From positions 800,001 through 864,000 of the forward strand of contig CP000071.1 of the NCBI GenBank assembly GCA_000002445.1: a DNA stretch of 64,000 bases, written 5' to 3'. Made by a program: the position numbers and the translations under genes. The DNA is from Trypanosoma brucei (taxonomy: Eukaryota). This document shows, one piece after another, positions 42,913 to 54,800 of this stretch (within the stretch, counting starts at the first letter, position 1; the number at the start of each line of letters is the position of its first letter). The notes beneath the pieces are model-generated. The model did no database searches, was not told where the DNA came from, and was given only the letters and a program-made list of their open reading frames with translations.

Positions 42913-45900
42913 ATGCCGCTATACAATATCACTATTCATCCGCTGAAGCTTGCTGCGCACTTCTGCAAACAGGGTTGTTCATACGTTGTCGTTGTTAACC
43001 GTAAGGGGGTGGAGCTGGCGACAAAACCCGCCATGTGTACCGTTGCCGATGAGGTGGCCTTCAGCACACCGGCGGAACTGAACCAGACCCGGACATTTCA
43101 ACTTGCCTTCGACTCACCCAAGGACCGACGTATGATCCAGTTTGCTATGTACGACGTTACCAATCCGAAGCATAGCATAAGGATCACAGGATTTGAAATC
43201 CCACTTGCGGGGATGTGCAGTGTGCTTGCCGGTGAGTCCATATGCGAAAGGAAGGCTGTCTCCTTCCGCATTTCTGGAAGGCCGGGGCGGTTGGACGTCA
43301 TTTTCCGCATGCACCCCACTACGAGCCCCGTACCCCCTCTGACGTTGTATGCGGGGCCGGCAACAGGTTCTGGAGGAAGCAGCTCACCAGTGGAAACAGT
43401 TCGCCTCCCCGCGCGCACCGTGGAGGTGCTTAAGAAGGTTGGTGTACTACCAAAAGATGTGGAAGAAGTTGAGGTGGACGCTGTCATCGCCCAGGAGGTT
43501 GTTGTGCGCACTTCCATGTTGTTTCCCAGTGAGGCCGAACTGCGTGAACGTGTGATGACGCTCGAACGTGAGGTAGCCCAACAGGAGTATAGCGTGCGGT
43601 ATGCTTCAAAGGACAGTGTGTCTTCAGGTTCGGCCGCTTGTGTTGCGCTGCGTAGCGAGCTTCAATACTGGAAGGACACTGTAGAAAGAGTGAATCTACA
43701 GTCAGCGCAAGAAACAGGGATTGCGTTGTTGCTTAAAGCTGGTGAAGAGGGTGAACACGACGACGGCAGTCGCGCCCTCATAGCCGATGTTGAAGGGCAA
43801 CTGGAGGAGGCGAGGAGAGAGCTAAAGACCATAGAAAGATCCCAGAATGATGAAGAGTTGAACACGAAATTAATTCCACTTCTCGGGCAGGTGGAGCAGT
43901 TGGAGGAGCTACTGGAACACCTCCGGAAGGAAGTACATGTACCACCCAAGACTGCGGGATCTAGTGAGAAAGCTGACGTCGTAGATCAGTGGGAACAACT
44001 TGCGCGCGAATTATTCGACAAGGAGCTGATGGTTGAACAACTTATGCACACAGTTCTTACACTCAACCAACTTCAGTTTGAACCATATCCTGCCGCAATT
44101 GAGATGGGCGCTGTTGGGGATACGCCATGTGAACTACAGTTCGTGCGTGACAACAAGAGACAGTTGAAGAACCTTCCTCAGGTCCCCACTCCTAAGCAAG
44201 CCACCGATCTCGCAGCAGCCTCCGGCGGTCCCACCAGTGACAACCTGCTGAACGATCTCTTCGGTTGTCCATCTCCCCCAAAACCAGTTCCACAACCGAC
44301 GGTACAGGCCGACGAGGTGACATCACAACCGCACTTCGAAAGAGAAAACGGGGGGCTTCCAGGCGCACCATCTGTTTTTTCTAGCGGTGTGGCCCCAATT
44401 TGGGGGCAAAAGCCAGTGGGGGCACCCCCCCAAGATGACGCTATGCAACCAGCGGCCACGGCAAACACTCTAGACACCACCGATGGCAAGGTCGGCGACA
44501 GCATGGCGTTCGAAAAGAAAACAACTGAACCGCAAATTATGGTCTCCGCCGGTCTTGCTGCAGCCGCCGCATCACCACCTGACACCCAAAACGGACAGCA
44601 GCTATCATTCCCATTTGACTCGAAGCAGCAGGGTCCAACACAGGGACAGCAGCAACCATTCCCATTTGACTCGAAGCAGCAGGGTCCAACACAGGGACAG
44701 CAGCAACCATTCCCATTTGACTCGAAGCAGCAGGGTCCAACACAGGGACAGCAGCAACCATTCCCACTGGGTTCGCAACAGCAGGGTCCAACACAGGGAC
44801 AGCAGCAACCATTCCCATTCGACTCGAAGCAGCAAGGTCCAACACAGGGACAGCAGCAACCATTCCCACTGGGTTCGCAACAGCAAGGTCCAACACAGGG
44901 ACAGCAGCAACCATTCCCATTTGACTCGAAGCAGCAGGGTCCAACACAGGGACAGCAGCAACCATTCCCATTTGACTCGAAGCAGCAGGGTCCAACACAG
45001 GGACAGCAGCAACCATTCCCATTTGACTCGAAGCAGCAGGGTCCAACACAGGGACAGCAGCAACCATTCCCACTGGGTTCGCAACAGCAAGGTCCAACAC
45101 AGGGACAGCAGCAACCATTCCCACTGGGTTCGCAACAGCAAGGTCCAACACAGGGGCAGCAGCAACCATTCCCATTTGACTCGAAGCAGCAGGGTCCAAC
45201 ACAGGGACAGCAGCAACCATTCCCATTTGACTCGAAGCAGCAGGGTCCAACACAGGGACAGCAGCAACCATTCCCATTCGACTCGAAGCAGCAAGGTCCA
45301 ACACAGGGACAGCAGCAACCATTCCCACTGGGTTCGCAACAGCAAGGTCCAACACAGGGACAGCAGCAACCATTCCCATTTGACTCGAAGCAGCAGGGTC
45401 CAACACAGGGACAGCAGCAACCATTCCCATTTGACTCGAAGCAGCAGGGTCCAACACAGGGACAGCAGCAACCATTCCCATTTGACTCGAAGCAGCAAGG
45501 TCCAACACAGGGACAGCAGCAACCATTCCCACTGGGTTCGCAACAGCAAGGTCCAACACAGGGACAGCAGCAACCATTCCCATTTGACTCGAAGCAGCAG
45601 GGTCCAACACAGGGACAGCAGCAACCATTCCCATTTGACTCGAAGCAGCAGGGTCCAACACAGGGACAGCAGCAACCATTCCCACTGGGTTCGCAACAGC
45701 AGGGTCCAACACAGGGACAGCAGCAACCATTCCCATTTGACTCGAAGCAGCAAGGTCCAACACAGGGACAGCAGCAACCATTCCCATTTGACTCGAAGCA
45801 GCAAGGTCCAACACAGGGACAGCAGCAACCATTCCCACTGGGTTCGCAACAGCAAGGTCCAACACAGGGACAGCAGCAACCATTCCCATTTGACTCGAAG

Positions 45901-46791
45901 CAGCAGGGTCCAACACAGGGACAGCAGCAACCATTCCCACTGGGTTCGCAACAGCAAGGTCCAACACAGGGACAGCAGCAACCATTCCCACTGGGTTCGC
46001 AACAGCAAGGTCCAACACAGGGACAGCAGCAATCATTCCCATTTGACTCGAAGCAGCAAGGTCCAACACAGGGACAGCAGCAACCATTCCCATTTGACTC
46101 GAAGCAGCAAGGTCCAACACAGGGACAGCAGCAACCATTCCCATTTGACTCGAAGCAGCAAGGTCCAACACAGGGACAGCAGCAACCATTCCCACTGGGT
46201 TCGCAACAGCAGGGTCCAACACAGGGACAGCAGCAACCATTCCCACTGGGTTCGCAACAGCAGGGTCCAACACAGGGACAGCAGCAACCATTCCCATTTG
46301 ACTCGAAGCAGCAGGGTGTACCGCAGACCCCGTCAGTGCCAGGACAACAGCAGCAATATATGGCCCCTCCAGAGACACCTGTTCCTCGGTATGTGCGACG
46401 TCCACTAGCGTCGGGAGTGTCTCCCTTTGCTCCTTTTATTAACATTCCCCTCGTAGCACGTGCTTGTCCCCTGGATATTTACCTTGATGGGCAGACCCCT
46501 ACACGCGGCACAGAGATTACCATTCAGAACAATGGTGGTTTTGACATTACTATTGGTGGGGTGGAGCTGCGGCAGGAAGACATGACATCAACTTCGCCGC
46601 ACGCAGGTCAAACTGTTCCCATACGTCGCTGGCCACAACAAATGCACGTACCGCGCGGCGGCGGTCGCGCTACATGCATTATTGCGCTGCACCCAAGTTA
46701 TGCTCGGGGGAGTTCGCTCATCCTCCTGGTCGTGGTGTATGTGCTGAATGAGGGTCGTTATACACCTTTTGCCGCCCGTTTTCCAGTATAG
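42913..46791 (+). CDS. Large repeat-containing protein. It has an N-terminal globular region, a coiled-coil segment, ~34 tandem 17-aa Q/P-rich repeats, then a C-terminal region.
   Basis: 1292-aa ORF. A heptad-like charged region (residues ~200-330) comes before the repeat array. The repeat unit is [17 protein letters not shown] with the variant [17 protein letters not shown]. Confidence 0.8.
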   Translation: MPLYNITIHPLKLAAHFCKQGCSYVVVVNRKGVELATKPAMCTVADEVAFSTPAELNQTRTFQLAFDSPKDRRMIQFAMYDVTNPKHSIRITGFEIPLAGMCSVLAGESICERKAVSFRISGRPGRLDVIFRMHPTTSPVPPLTLYAGPATGSGGSSSPVETVRLPARTVEVLKKVGVLPKDVEEVEVDAVIAQEVVVRTSMLFPSEAELRERVMTLEREVAQQEYSVRYASKDSVSSGSAACVALRSELQYWKDTVERVNLQSAQETGIALLLKAGEEGEHDDGSRALIADVEGQLEEARRELKTIERSQNDEELNTKLIPLLGQVEQLEELLEHLRKEVHVPPKTAGSSEKADVVDQWEQLARELFDKELMVEQLMHTVLTLNQLQFEPYPAAIEMGAVGDTPCELQFVRDNKRQLKNLPQVPTPKQATDLAAASGGPTSDNLLNDLFGCPSPPKPVPQPTVQADEVTSQPHFERENGGLPGAPSVFSSGVAPIWGQKPVGAPPQDDAMQPAATANTLDTTDGKVGDSMAFEKKTTEPQIMVSAGLAAAAASPPDTQNGQQLSFPFDSKQQGPTQGQQQPFPFDSKQQGPTQGQQQPFPFDSKQQGPTQGQQQPFPLGSQQQGPTQGQQQPFPFDSKQQGPTQGQQQPFPLGSQQQGPTQGQQQPFPFDSKQQGPTQGQQQPFPFDSKQQGPTQGQQQPFPFDSKQQGPTQGQQQPFPLGSQQQGPTQGQQQPFPLGSQQQGPTQGQQQPFPFDSKQQGPTQGQQQPFPFDSKQQGPTQGQQQPFPFDSKQQGPTQGQQQPFPLGSQQQGPTQGQQQPFPFDSKQQGPTQGQQQPFPFDSKQQGPTQGQQQPFPFDSKQQGPTQGQQQPFPLGSQQQGPTQGQQQPFPFDSKQQGPTQGQQQPFPFDSKQQGPTQGQQQPFPLGSQQQGPTQGQQQPFPFDSKQQGPTQGQQQPFPFDSKQQGPTQGQQQPFPLGSQQQGPTQGQQQPFPFDSKQQGPTQGQQQPFPLGSQQQGPTQGQQQPFPLGSQQQGPTQGQQQSFPFDSKQQGPTQGQQQPFPFDSKQQGPTQGQQQPFPFDSKQQGPTQGQQQPFPLGSQQQGPTQGQQQPFPLGSQQQGPTQGQQQPFPFDSKQQGVPQTPSVPGQQQQYMAPPETPVPRYVRRPLASGVSPFAPFINIPLVARACPLDIYLDGQTPTRGTEITIQNNGGFDITIGGVELRQEDMTSTSPHAGQTVPIRRWPQQMHVPRGGGRATCIIALHPSYARGSSLILLVVVYVLNEGRYTPFAARFPV
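44590..46316 (+). repeat. 51-bp tandem repeat array, ~34 copies, in frame inside the CDS
   Basis: Unit ccattcccatttgactcgaagcagcagggtccaacacagggacagcagcaa. Two unit variants alternate irregularly: gactcgaag (FDSK) and ctgggttcgcaa (LGSQ). There are synonymous cagcaa/cagcag differences. All six frames are open across the array because the unit has no stop codon. Confidence 0.95.
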
Positions 46792-48057
46792 CTTGCATTC
46801 GTGGAAGTGATATGAAGAACCCGTATAGAGGAAGTGAAGGAATTAATATCAAGGCTGGTTTGGTGAGAAAGAATCAGATGTGCCCCTGTAAGGAAGAGAA
46901 GAAGGGAAAACGTTACACAGATCAGTTTGTGCAACAAGGTGATAACATGAGAGGAGAAACACAAGTTTTTTTCCTTAAAGTGTGCGCATATGCGCAAATA
47001 TCTTTGCTAATGGAATCAACGTCGCCGTGTACCAGTGACGTTTCTCCTTTTTAGTCTGACGTAGCACGGCAGTTTGCTCGCCCTAACACGCTCGCGAGCC
47101 TTTGTCCATTATCCCTCCCTCCCCAATTATTTGGCTCCCTCATTGGCGGGGTGGCAGAGCCCTGTATGACGCACCATATGCACTTCGTTTCCTTGCTTGT
47201 GTGGGTTTCCTTTTTGGGGTAGATCGTCGGAAAAGGTCGTGTTGTCCGCATGGGACCGGTGTTAATGCAGTGAATAAGTGTGTCAACCACCCGCCCTTAG
47301 CCACACTGATGTGGCACTGTTGTGCTGTGAGCGGAAGCCGCCGGACGTGTGCAAGCCCTGTTGAAACGGGATCGCAAAGGTGTTTGCGCCCCATGGTGCC
47401 CTGCGCGTCGCGCGAAATTACGGGCCAGTGACGTTGCTCCCATGCCCTGATCCGCACTCTGTAGTGGGGGTCACGATGCGAACAAAAGCGTGTAGGCAGA
47501 CACCTTTCCCAACGATCAGCCGGCCAGCTCTCGTATCACCTGGGTACGACTTCCCAGGAAACTTAATGAAGTGACCGTTATGATGCGGCACCTCTCCCCC
47601 TTGTCCCTTGCGACTCAGGCGACGGAGTTATCGGAAAAGAGAGCCATTGGAGGAGGGCCCTGTGTACATCCCACTTGGACGGCGTCATTAACCCAGGCTA
47701 ATGCTGATGCTGGCCCCTTGGTAGGGGGGAGGAGGGCGCCCCTGCAATGTTTTGTCATAGCGTCGCTGCCTGTAGCAGTGTAAGCAGCAAATGGAATGAA
47801 GAGGTGAGAACGTCCTTCCCCAACTCCCCCGTCATTCCAAATAAGTGCCGGCGTGGAGTGAAGTGCGTCATTGTGTGGTTGATCTTTGAGACGGAGTGTT
47901 ACAGTTTCCTTTAAGGGGGGAAATGCTTGGTCTGCTTATTTATTATATCCACTCGTTTTAACGCTCCCGATAACCGCCAATGCGCCGCTTGGCGGGCACA
48001 CCGCCGCACACAAACAGGTGAGAAGACTCCCATATCATTTCTGATTCTCTTCTAGCT

Positions 48058-48813
48058 TTGGACTCAGTTACCTTAAGGGAAGGAAGGGCAAGGGAACGTA
48101 TGGAGGCTGTGGTCGCAGTGGATGGCAAACGTCCCAGCCCGGCGACTTTGTTCATTCATGAAAACACTAACTATAATGGAAGGGAAGCGGGTGCGGCGTG
48201 CGTTCCCATGCGAGTCAACGATAGCATTACTGTGCAACAACTCGCTGATGAGTACTGCATCACGAGTGTTGTGGAATGTGATGCCACGGGTAGTGTTCAA
48301 CCCCGAGCGGTGGCGCTAGATTCACCCCTTGATGTTCTCCACGGGGGAAAGTATTATATTGCCAGGCGTGATGTGAAACATTTTGCGCGGGAACCCCGGG
48401 TAACATTCCGTGGAAAAGTTACCGTGAGGGAGTTTAATGCGACACACGGGGTAATTGGGCGGGAAGGGGAAACAAACGCGAACCGAGGACAAGCTGTCGC
48501 TGCGGATCCCGTAGGCGTAGCCCCATCCCGCAAGCGGCCCGAACGGGAGGAAGACTTGTTCGATAGCGGCACACGCACTGAGATATATGCGAAGGAGTAC
48601 GAATTTGTGCCCTTCGTGGGGGATCTCTACAACGATGGAAGGAATGGCATGATTCATCTCAAAGATGTGAAGAAACTCTGTGAAAGCGTAGATTTAGACG
48701 AAGTTGAGTTCAGAGCGCGACACGTACAAGCGGAGAAAATCCTAACCCATGCAAAACAACTATTGCTTAGCTACGCGGACGGCAACGGCGGGAGGACCAG
48801 CCCCGAATACTAG
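48058..48813 (+). CDS. Hypothetical protein
   Basis: 251-aa + strand ORF with protein-like composition. No recognisable domain. The start may be the Met at 48100 (MEAVVAVDGK). Confidence 0.5.
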   Translation: MDSVTLREGRARERMEAVVAVDGKRPSPATLFIHENTNYNGREAGAACVPMRVNDSITVQQLADEYCITSVVECDATGSVQPRAVALDSPLDVLHGGKYYIARRDVKHFAREPRVTFRGKVTVREFNATHGVIGREGETNANRGQAVAADPVGVAPSRKRPEREEDLFDSGTRTEIYAKEYEFVPFVGDLYNDGRNGMIHLKDVKKLCESVDLDEVEFRARHVQAEKILTHAKQLLLSYADGNGGRTSPEY

Positions 48814-50287
48814 ACTTAGATCTGGGCGGAAAGGATAGCGTGCGGCGAACCACGTTGTACTCTTTTGCCTTTCAGTTTTTCCATTTTTGATTATCTTTTT
48901 CTTGCTATGGGGATCTCTTTACAGCTCCAGTAGAGTTTTCGACCTGACTTACGGGCCTTCGGGGAAGGAGAGGTGCAAGTTCATTCCCTTTTCCCGGTAA
49001 CCTACCGGATGGAGAAATAGCGGTTACGAGGCGCACCTCTGCTGCATCTTCTGATCACTGACACAGGTGCGGGCAAGCTGCATCCGACTCTTCGCGTTTA
49101 GATTGTGTGCTACCCTCGCAAGTGTTTGAAATAATTCCCTTCATGTGGATACGTGAAAAGCCAATTCGGGTTGAGGTCGCTTATCTTTGTTTGCGCCTGT
49201 GCAAACATTCGCATACAGAAGTTGCGAAGCAGTCTTTTCGTGTTTAGATTTGCGCACGTCGCGGAGATAAGACGTGCTCGAAAAGTAATAAGGGATTCGG
49301 GGGACGACGAAGGTGTTCCTTTGTGTGGACACGTACATTTTATATGCCCCCCGCAGTCAGCAGACGACCACGTAAGGCGGTGTTGAGGTAGTGACTCAGT
49401 TTCGGGGTGCGGAGGCTCTCGTCCATCGATTTGATATCTTCCGTTTATGTGGCGTCAACGGGGGCAAGAAGAATGCGGCAGAGCGCACCAGCGGGCTGTC
49501 CGGTGGCCCCGTGTTTTACATAACTCTGGTTTTCCCTTTCCGTCTTCACCCTTCCCCACCCGTATCGACTTCAACGACCGGAGGGGAAAGGCCCCTTTGG
49601 CGAGAAGGGGGAGGACGCCTCCGTGCATTTATCCCCTCGCACCTTTCGGCTCCTCAGCGCTCACAGCGGAGGTGCAACTGAAGTGGCCGTGCATAAAAGG
49701 AGCGTTAGTTAAGGGGCCTAATTATGTTGGAAAGTATGACATGTACTTGTTCGTAACACTACAGCGCCTGGTAGAAGAGGGTCATTTGGCTCCCAGCGTC
49801 AGCCAGTGTCCTGTAAATCAAGGGCAGCCGCGGGTTGAAAAGCAACAAGTCGTTGACATGAGGGAAGGGGAAAAAGTGAGGGAAGCGAAGCCCTGCACAC
49901 GCGTGAAAGAAAAGAAGGGATAAACCTCCACCCCCGAATAACACCGGTGACGCTATAATGATAACAGGTTTTGGATGTTCATCCTCCCTCCTCCCCCCCC
50001 CCCGCTGCGCAAAGGAAGAGAAGTTGAAGGTGATGGCACTCGCGGGTTCTATTCCCTGTGCCCACTATTGTATTTGGCACAGTGTTGTTGTAAAGGTTTG
50101 GCTCAGCACTTCGAATACAAGTACCGTGTTTCTTCGGTTCATCCTTCATAACTTCTGTGTGTGGCCTTGTATCCACCTCTGTTGCCTGAGCCGCTTCCTC
50201 CCTCTTTCTCGTCTTCCCTAGATCCTCTATACCCGTAGCGTTGCTGCGTCATTCTTTCACAACCGTGCGATTGCATCGCTGGAGTGG

Positions 50288-51700
50288 ATGGACATCCTGC
50301 GGAGGACGACATCCGTTGAACTTACGCGGCTCCCCGTCAGCGCCGCTGACACACTGAGTGACGTCGTCTTTCCATGGCAATCGCTATGCTTCAGGTTGGC
50401 CATGGTATTCAACAACGAAGGGGGCAAGTACGACAAAGACGGCAGGGCGCTCATGGTTGCAGTGGGTGAGAGTAACTTTGTGCTTATGTGGCGTAAACTA
50501 TTTAATGCGTTATGCATCGCTCCTGTGGTGGTGGATGGGTCCGACACCCAACACAAGTTAAATGCGGAAAGCGGTTCCCTGCACACTAGCACCTCGTCTT
50601 CTTGGTGTACGTACGACCCCACGCGAACAGGCACACTCGGTAAAATCGCTGGAAAGCTCTTTGTAGTGACGGCCAAATGTGTGTCTGAAGGTGCCACGCT
50701 TGAGACCACGGCGCCGACCTCCGGCGAGGTGGAAGAAAGCGGCCAGGGAAAGGAGACACCGATCCCAAGACGCATCGAGTGTGTGTACGACTTTCATTAC
50801 ACGTTACCTGATTTTGATATTTGGGGAAACGACGTTACCATTGGCTTCTTGGTCATGTCCCATTATTCCGGGAACGGTAATGTTGATTTCGTCCGCTCGC
50901 TAGACCCAACGGCTTCTCGCGTGAAAAATTTGTTTAAGTCACCCACCGTGGTGTTGGGAACTTGTCACTACCGAGCGGTTGCGAGCCGGCTTCTGCGATG
51001 TACCTCCGTGGCGAGGCAAATATCAAGCACCAGCGTCATGATTTGTGTGAACGTAGCAAACGTTGCACATGTTCCTGTCCGAGTACAAGAGGTATCGTTC
51101 GACATTTACTCCACACAAATGGGCGAGGGTGACAACGACATCGGCGGTGTCCAACTCACCCATGAGCAGCGATTTGGGCCATGCGGCACAGATTTGAAGG
51201 CCATCAAGCTTCTGCAACGCACCGTCACGGTGACACCATTATTGTTACATGGGCGCTGTCTCGAGGAAACGCTCCAGCCGGGAGAGTCGGCTTGTTTTCA
51301 GTTTGCTATCGGAGTGCAGCCCCACCTGTGTCACCTCCTTGAGACACATCCACGACAGGAGCCGCACAGCAGGTACGCAAATAACACCGCCAGTGTCGCC
51401 GTCGAGGCGGAGAACGCTCCGTATTCGATGCGAAATGACGTATCACCCATTTTGCCCCACTCCCCTGTCGCTCCACAAACGGTGTGGAGACCCTCGCCCA
51501 TCGGGACTGTTGAATGTGTTCCATGTTCTGAACTTAAGCAGGTACTCTTCTCTAAATTCGTTTCGCAAGCGTATGTGAGCTACAATCCTATAGTTTCGGC
51601 AGGTGGGGAAATCACAGATCAGAGAGTGGCATCCCCCGCTTGTCTCACTATCCGGCACTCGGTGCCCTGGTCCATGCTCGCGACGAGGTTGGCCACGTAG
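50288..51700 (+). CDS. Hypothetical protein
   Basis: 470-aa + strand ORF. No recognisable motif. Confidence 0.55.
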   Translation: MDILRRTTSVELTRLPVSAADTLSDVVFPWQSLCFRLAMVFNNEGGKYDKDGRALMVAVGESNFVLMWRKLFNALCIAPVVVDGSDTQHKLNAESGSLHTSTSSSWCTYDPTRTGTLGKIAGKLFVVTAKCVSEGATLETTAPTSGEVEESGQGKETPIPRRIECVYDFHYTLPDFDIWGNDVTIGFLVMSHYSGNGNVDFVRSLDPTASRVKNLFKSPTVVLGTCHYRAVASRLLRCTSVARQISSTSVMICVNVANVAHVPVRVQEVSFDIYSTQMGEGDNDIGGVQLTHEQRFGPCGTDLKAIKLLQRTVTVTPLLLHGRCLEETLQPGESACFQFAIGVQPHLCHLLETHPRQEPHSRYANNTASVAVEAENAPYSMRNDVSPILPHSPVAPQTVWRPSPIGTVECVPCSELKQVLFSKFVSQAYVSYNPIVSAGGEITDQRVASPACLTIRHSVPWSMLATRLAT

Positions 51701-51768
51701 TGGGAAGAGAGGCGCAGAGGCAACACGTGCAGTCAGTTAAAGTTGTCCCCAGCTACCTGCCTCCACAT

Positions 51769-51770
51769 TC

Positions 51771-51800
<30 letters not shown>
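51769..51800. repeat. (GT)n dinucleotide microsatellite, ~15 units, in the intergenic region after the 470-aa gene
   Basis: tgtgtgtgtg... read directly. Confidence 0.95.
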
Positions 51801-51801
<1 letters not shown>

Positions 51802-52052
51802 ATTTGCGTTTGATGGAAGCAAAGGTGCAGGGCAATTTTACCGTGTTATTGGCTCCCTTTTTTTTTTCCGTTCTTTCTCCTTATTTTTGTGCCCCCTCCT
51901 TACCGTTTGTTTGCTTCGTGCCAAGATATTCAATATTTGACCCCATCCACCAGTTGGGTCGACGGAAAGGGAGAGAAACGTACCTGCAAAGTTGAGAAGT
52001 AGAGGGAAGGAGTATCCAGTCGTTTTCTGACCGCATTAGCCCAAGTGTAACT

Positions 52053-53813
52053 ATGCAGGTGACACGGGACAATTTACCGACCGTGCTTCCCAAATTTGTA
52101 CAGCTTCTGAAAACCTGCGACTTCTATGCATTCGACGAGGAAATGACAGGAATCAATGTGCCTGAGCTCCCAGAGTCTGTCACCGATACGCCCCAGGAAA
52201 CCTACAACGCAAAGCGAGCAGCGGCAAGCCGCTACAATATAATTCAAGTCGGGATATGCCTCTTTCACAAAAATAGCGAAAACGGGCCTTCTACACCAGC
52301 GTCGTATGTTGCCCGCCCCTTCAACTTTGTTATTTTCCCCAATCATGAAGACGACTCGCCAAGCTTGGGGAGGGGAGACGACGTGGTGCTAAATCCTTCG
52401 TCCCTTGCATTCCTTCGGCGGCACGACATGAATTTTCAGTCGTGGGTGTACCGTGGCATGGGTTATTGCGATGCCGCCCGTGAGGTGGTATTGCGCCAAA
52501 ATCATGAAGAAAAGTACCACCCTAACCTAAATGACTCTACAGAGCAACGACGGCGCCACGCGCAGTCTATGGAACTCCTAACCCAGGAAGAGAGAAGTTG
52601 GTTTGATGGGGCCGTTGCCGCAGCGCAGAGCCTCTGTGAGCGTGCCCGGGCCGCAGTGGAGCGCGCACAGGCGCAATGTGCTGAAAAGGGAAGTCCTGGT
52701 GCAATTGAGCTGGATGCCGCGATGGATCTCCAGCGATCCGGCGGACGCGAAGTCGTCATCCAGCCGCAGAGAAACAAAAATGCCCGAGAATGTCTGCAGC
52801 GGCACATCGCGCAACACTTCCAAGATATTTCTCTCACGTTCCGACGGAGCGGTTCGACTTATCATGGCACCTTTAAGGTCCTCTTTCCCGGCGAGCAGGC
52901 TCGTATTCTCGAGAAGGAATGCGCGCTGAGAGAACGCGAATTGGTGGATATGCTAGGTTTCCGCCTCGTTTTTAAGGCACTTGTCGAAAGTTCGAAGCCT
53001 TGTGTTGGGCACAACTGCCTAGCGGACGTTCTCTTTCTACTAGCTTCTCTCGATGGAGAACTTCCCGCCGCATTGCCCGAGTTCAAGCATCGCGTCGTCC
53101 AGCTGTTCCCGAAAGTGTTCGACACCAAGTATATTGCCAGCCGCCAAGATCTCTTTCCGGCAGGCAGATTTGGGTCTCGCTACTTGGCGGGGTATTTTGA
53201 CGAATGTGGATTTTGCTCGGCAAACGTTCGAGTATCACTTCCGTTGGGCTTCGAGGAATATGACCCGCTGAAACTTTCTTCAGTGGGGAGAAGCGCAGGT
53301 GGCAATGGCGCACCGGTTCACGAAGCCGGATACGACGCCTTGTTGACTGGGACGCTGTTGCTTAATCTACTCGCGGAAATTGGAGGAGGTGACGTGACGA
53401 CGGCCCCAGCAGGGTTGACGAATAGGTTGGCCCTCTTTCGTTCCCTATTCGCCATTAACCTAAATCCCGACGGTGAAGATGAATACCTTCCTCAAAGCGG
53501 TGCGTTAACGCTACAACACGAAAAACACATCAAGTCTCATCATATCGACAGCTGCTTTTCAGCCTTCTCCTTGCAACATGTAGCCCTGTACCCGATCGAC
53601 GACATGCGCACCCTTGCTGTGCTCCCCTTGTCGTGGACAAAAGCGTGCAACCTCGACGTTGAGGATGTGAGTGGGCTTTCTGTGCAAATGACCTCGCGCT
53701 TCCCTCAGTACTTCCAGGCGTCTCCGTTCACATTCCCTGCAGGTACTAAAGGCGCCTTCCGCGCAACGCCCGTCTCTCTAGCAAGAACGGTTTGCAAAGC
53801 ACTAAGAAGGTGA
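52053..53813 (+). CDS. PARN: Poly(A)-specific ribonuclease (PARN, CAF1/DEDD family deadenylase)
   Basis: The N-terminal block DFYAFDEEMTGI corresponds to PARN DFFAIDGEFSGI and carries the catalytic D and E. The C-terminal catalytic block HEAGYDALLTG corresponds to PARN HEAGYDAYMTG. 586 aa. This may correspond to T. brucei PARN-1 (from memory, unverified). Confidence 0.85.
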   Translation: MQVTRDNLPTVLPKFVQLLKTCDFYAFDEEMTGINVPELPESVTDTPQETYNAKRAAASRYNIIQVGICLFHKNSENGPSTPASYVARPFNFVIFPNHEDDSPSLGRGDDVVLNPSSLAFLRRHDMNFQSWVYRGMGYCDAAREVVLRQNHEEKYHPNLNDSTEQRRRHAQSMELLTQEERSWFDGAVAAAQSLCERARAAVERAQAQCAEKGSPGAIELDAAMDLQRSGGREVVIQPQRNKNARECLQRHIAQHFQDISLTFRRSGSTYHGTFKVLFPGEQARILEKECALRERELVDMLGFRLVFKALVESSKPCVGHNCLADVLFLLASLDGELPAALPEFKHRVVQLFPKVFDTKYIASRQDLFPAGRFGSRYLAGYFDECGFCSANVRVSLPLGFEEYDPLKLSSVGRSAGGNGAPVHEAGYDALLTGTLLLNLLAEIGGGDVTTAPAGLTNRLALFRSLFAINLNPDGEDEYLPQSGALTLQHEKHIKSHHIDSCFSAFSLQHVALYPIDDMRTLAVLPLSWTKACNLDVEDVSGLSVQMTSRFPQYFQASPFTFPAGTKGAFRATPVSLARTVCKALRR

Positions 53814-54288
53814 AGAAGGGTGTTTAAAAAAAAAAAAATTCGCGTTACTCTACTGCAAAAAAAAAAAAAGACATTCGGCAACGAACAATTCAATCCACTG
53901 GGGGATGCGTGCCCTTCGTCGCACCACAACCACAATCCTCTTCAATTTTCCCTCTTTCCTATTTTCGACCCCTAACCCGCCTGCCGGCACGCCCCAAATG
54001 GCGCGGCCCACATTTGACGTAGAAACCATTTGCATATATGACTCTCCCGAGGACCCGCGCCCCGGGCAGACTCGAAGGGGGGACGTTCTGCGCATAACGC
54101 TAAGTGGCGGCGAACAGCAAGCCTCCCGTAACGTCCCTGTAAACGCGGCCGACCCGATCCAATAGTAAAACACAAGGGCCACGTCCTCTTCCCGCCCCCG
54201 CCGCAGCAGTAAGGTTATGCGTGAGAGGTTTTGACTGCCACTTGGAACGCTGAACCGTGGCGTAAGAGTCTCCGCAAAGGAAAACGAA

Positions 54289-54362
54289 TGCTCCCGGCGG
54301 GGTTCGAACCCGCGATATTCGGTTCATAAGACCAACGTCCTAACCAACTAGACCACGGGAGC
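54289..54362 (-). tRNA. tRNA-Ile (anticodon UAU)
   Basis: Minus-strand cloverleaf: acceptor gctcccg/cgggagc, anticodon arm ttggt-cttatga-accga, T arm gcggg-ttcgaac-cccgc, T-run after the 3' end. G at position 37 is unusual. Confidence 0.75.
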
Positions 54363-54456
54363 ATTGGCGCCGGCCACTTCGACAGATACAGAGGAAAGGA
54401 CCGCCGAGTAAACTTCTTCGTTTGTATTAGAAAAAAACAGCCTAACGGCAGTGGCC

Positions 54457-54528
54457 GGTCCTATAGTGTAGTGGTTATCACTTCGGACTTTGAATCCGAA
54501 AACCCAGGTTCGAATCCTGGTAGGACCA
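54457..54528 (+). tRNA. tRNA-Gln (anticodon UUG)
   Basis: ggtcctatagtgtagtggttatcac...ttcgg-actttgaat-ccgaa... The T arm ggttcgaatcc is followed by aattttcgttttttt. It closely resembles eukaryotic Gln-TTG. Confidence 0.85.
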
Positions 54529-54584
54529 AATTTTCGTTTTTTTCAATTCACTAACTATGGTGTCTTTTCACCATCTGCGGCAGT

Positions 54585-54657
54585 GCGTGGGTGATCTAGT
54601 GGTTATGATGTCTGCTTTACACGCAGAACGTCGCGGGTTCGAACCCCGCCCCGCGTA
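54585..54657 (+). tRNA. tRNA-Val (anticodon UAC)
   Basis: Anticodon arm tctgc-tttacac-gcaga. T arm gcgggttcgaaccccgc. Acceptor gcgtggg/cccgcgt with two G-U pairs. Confidence 0.75.
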
Positions 54658-54727
54658 GCGTTTTCCAGTTTGCGGCTGCGTCTCTTCATGTATGGTTCCG
54701 ATTAATGAAATTGTTGAGGAACACGTA

Positions 54728-54800
54728 GCCCTTCTAGCTCAGTCGGTAGAGCGCACGGCTCTTAACCGTGTGGTCGTGGGTTCGAGCCCCACGGGGGGTG
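54728..54800 (+). tRNA. tRNA-Lys (anticodon CUU)
   Basis: gcccttctagctcagtcggtagagc... Anticodon arm cacgg-ctcttaa-ccgtg. T arm gtgggttcgagccccac. Identical in sequence to the copy at 61366. Confidence 0.85.

Noticed and set aside
44178-46445. Very long ORFs on the minus strand (755 aa Cys/Pro/Gly-rich, 622 aa, 475 aa) and on an alternative + frame (641 aa) overlapping the 51-bp repeat array
   Set aside because: These are artefacts of a stop-free 51-bp unit. Their 'proteins' are perfect repeats of frame-shifted or antisense translations. The + strand frame at 42913..46791 is the only one continuous with non-repetitive, protein-like N- and C-terminal flanks.
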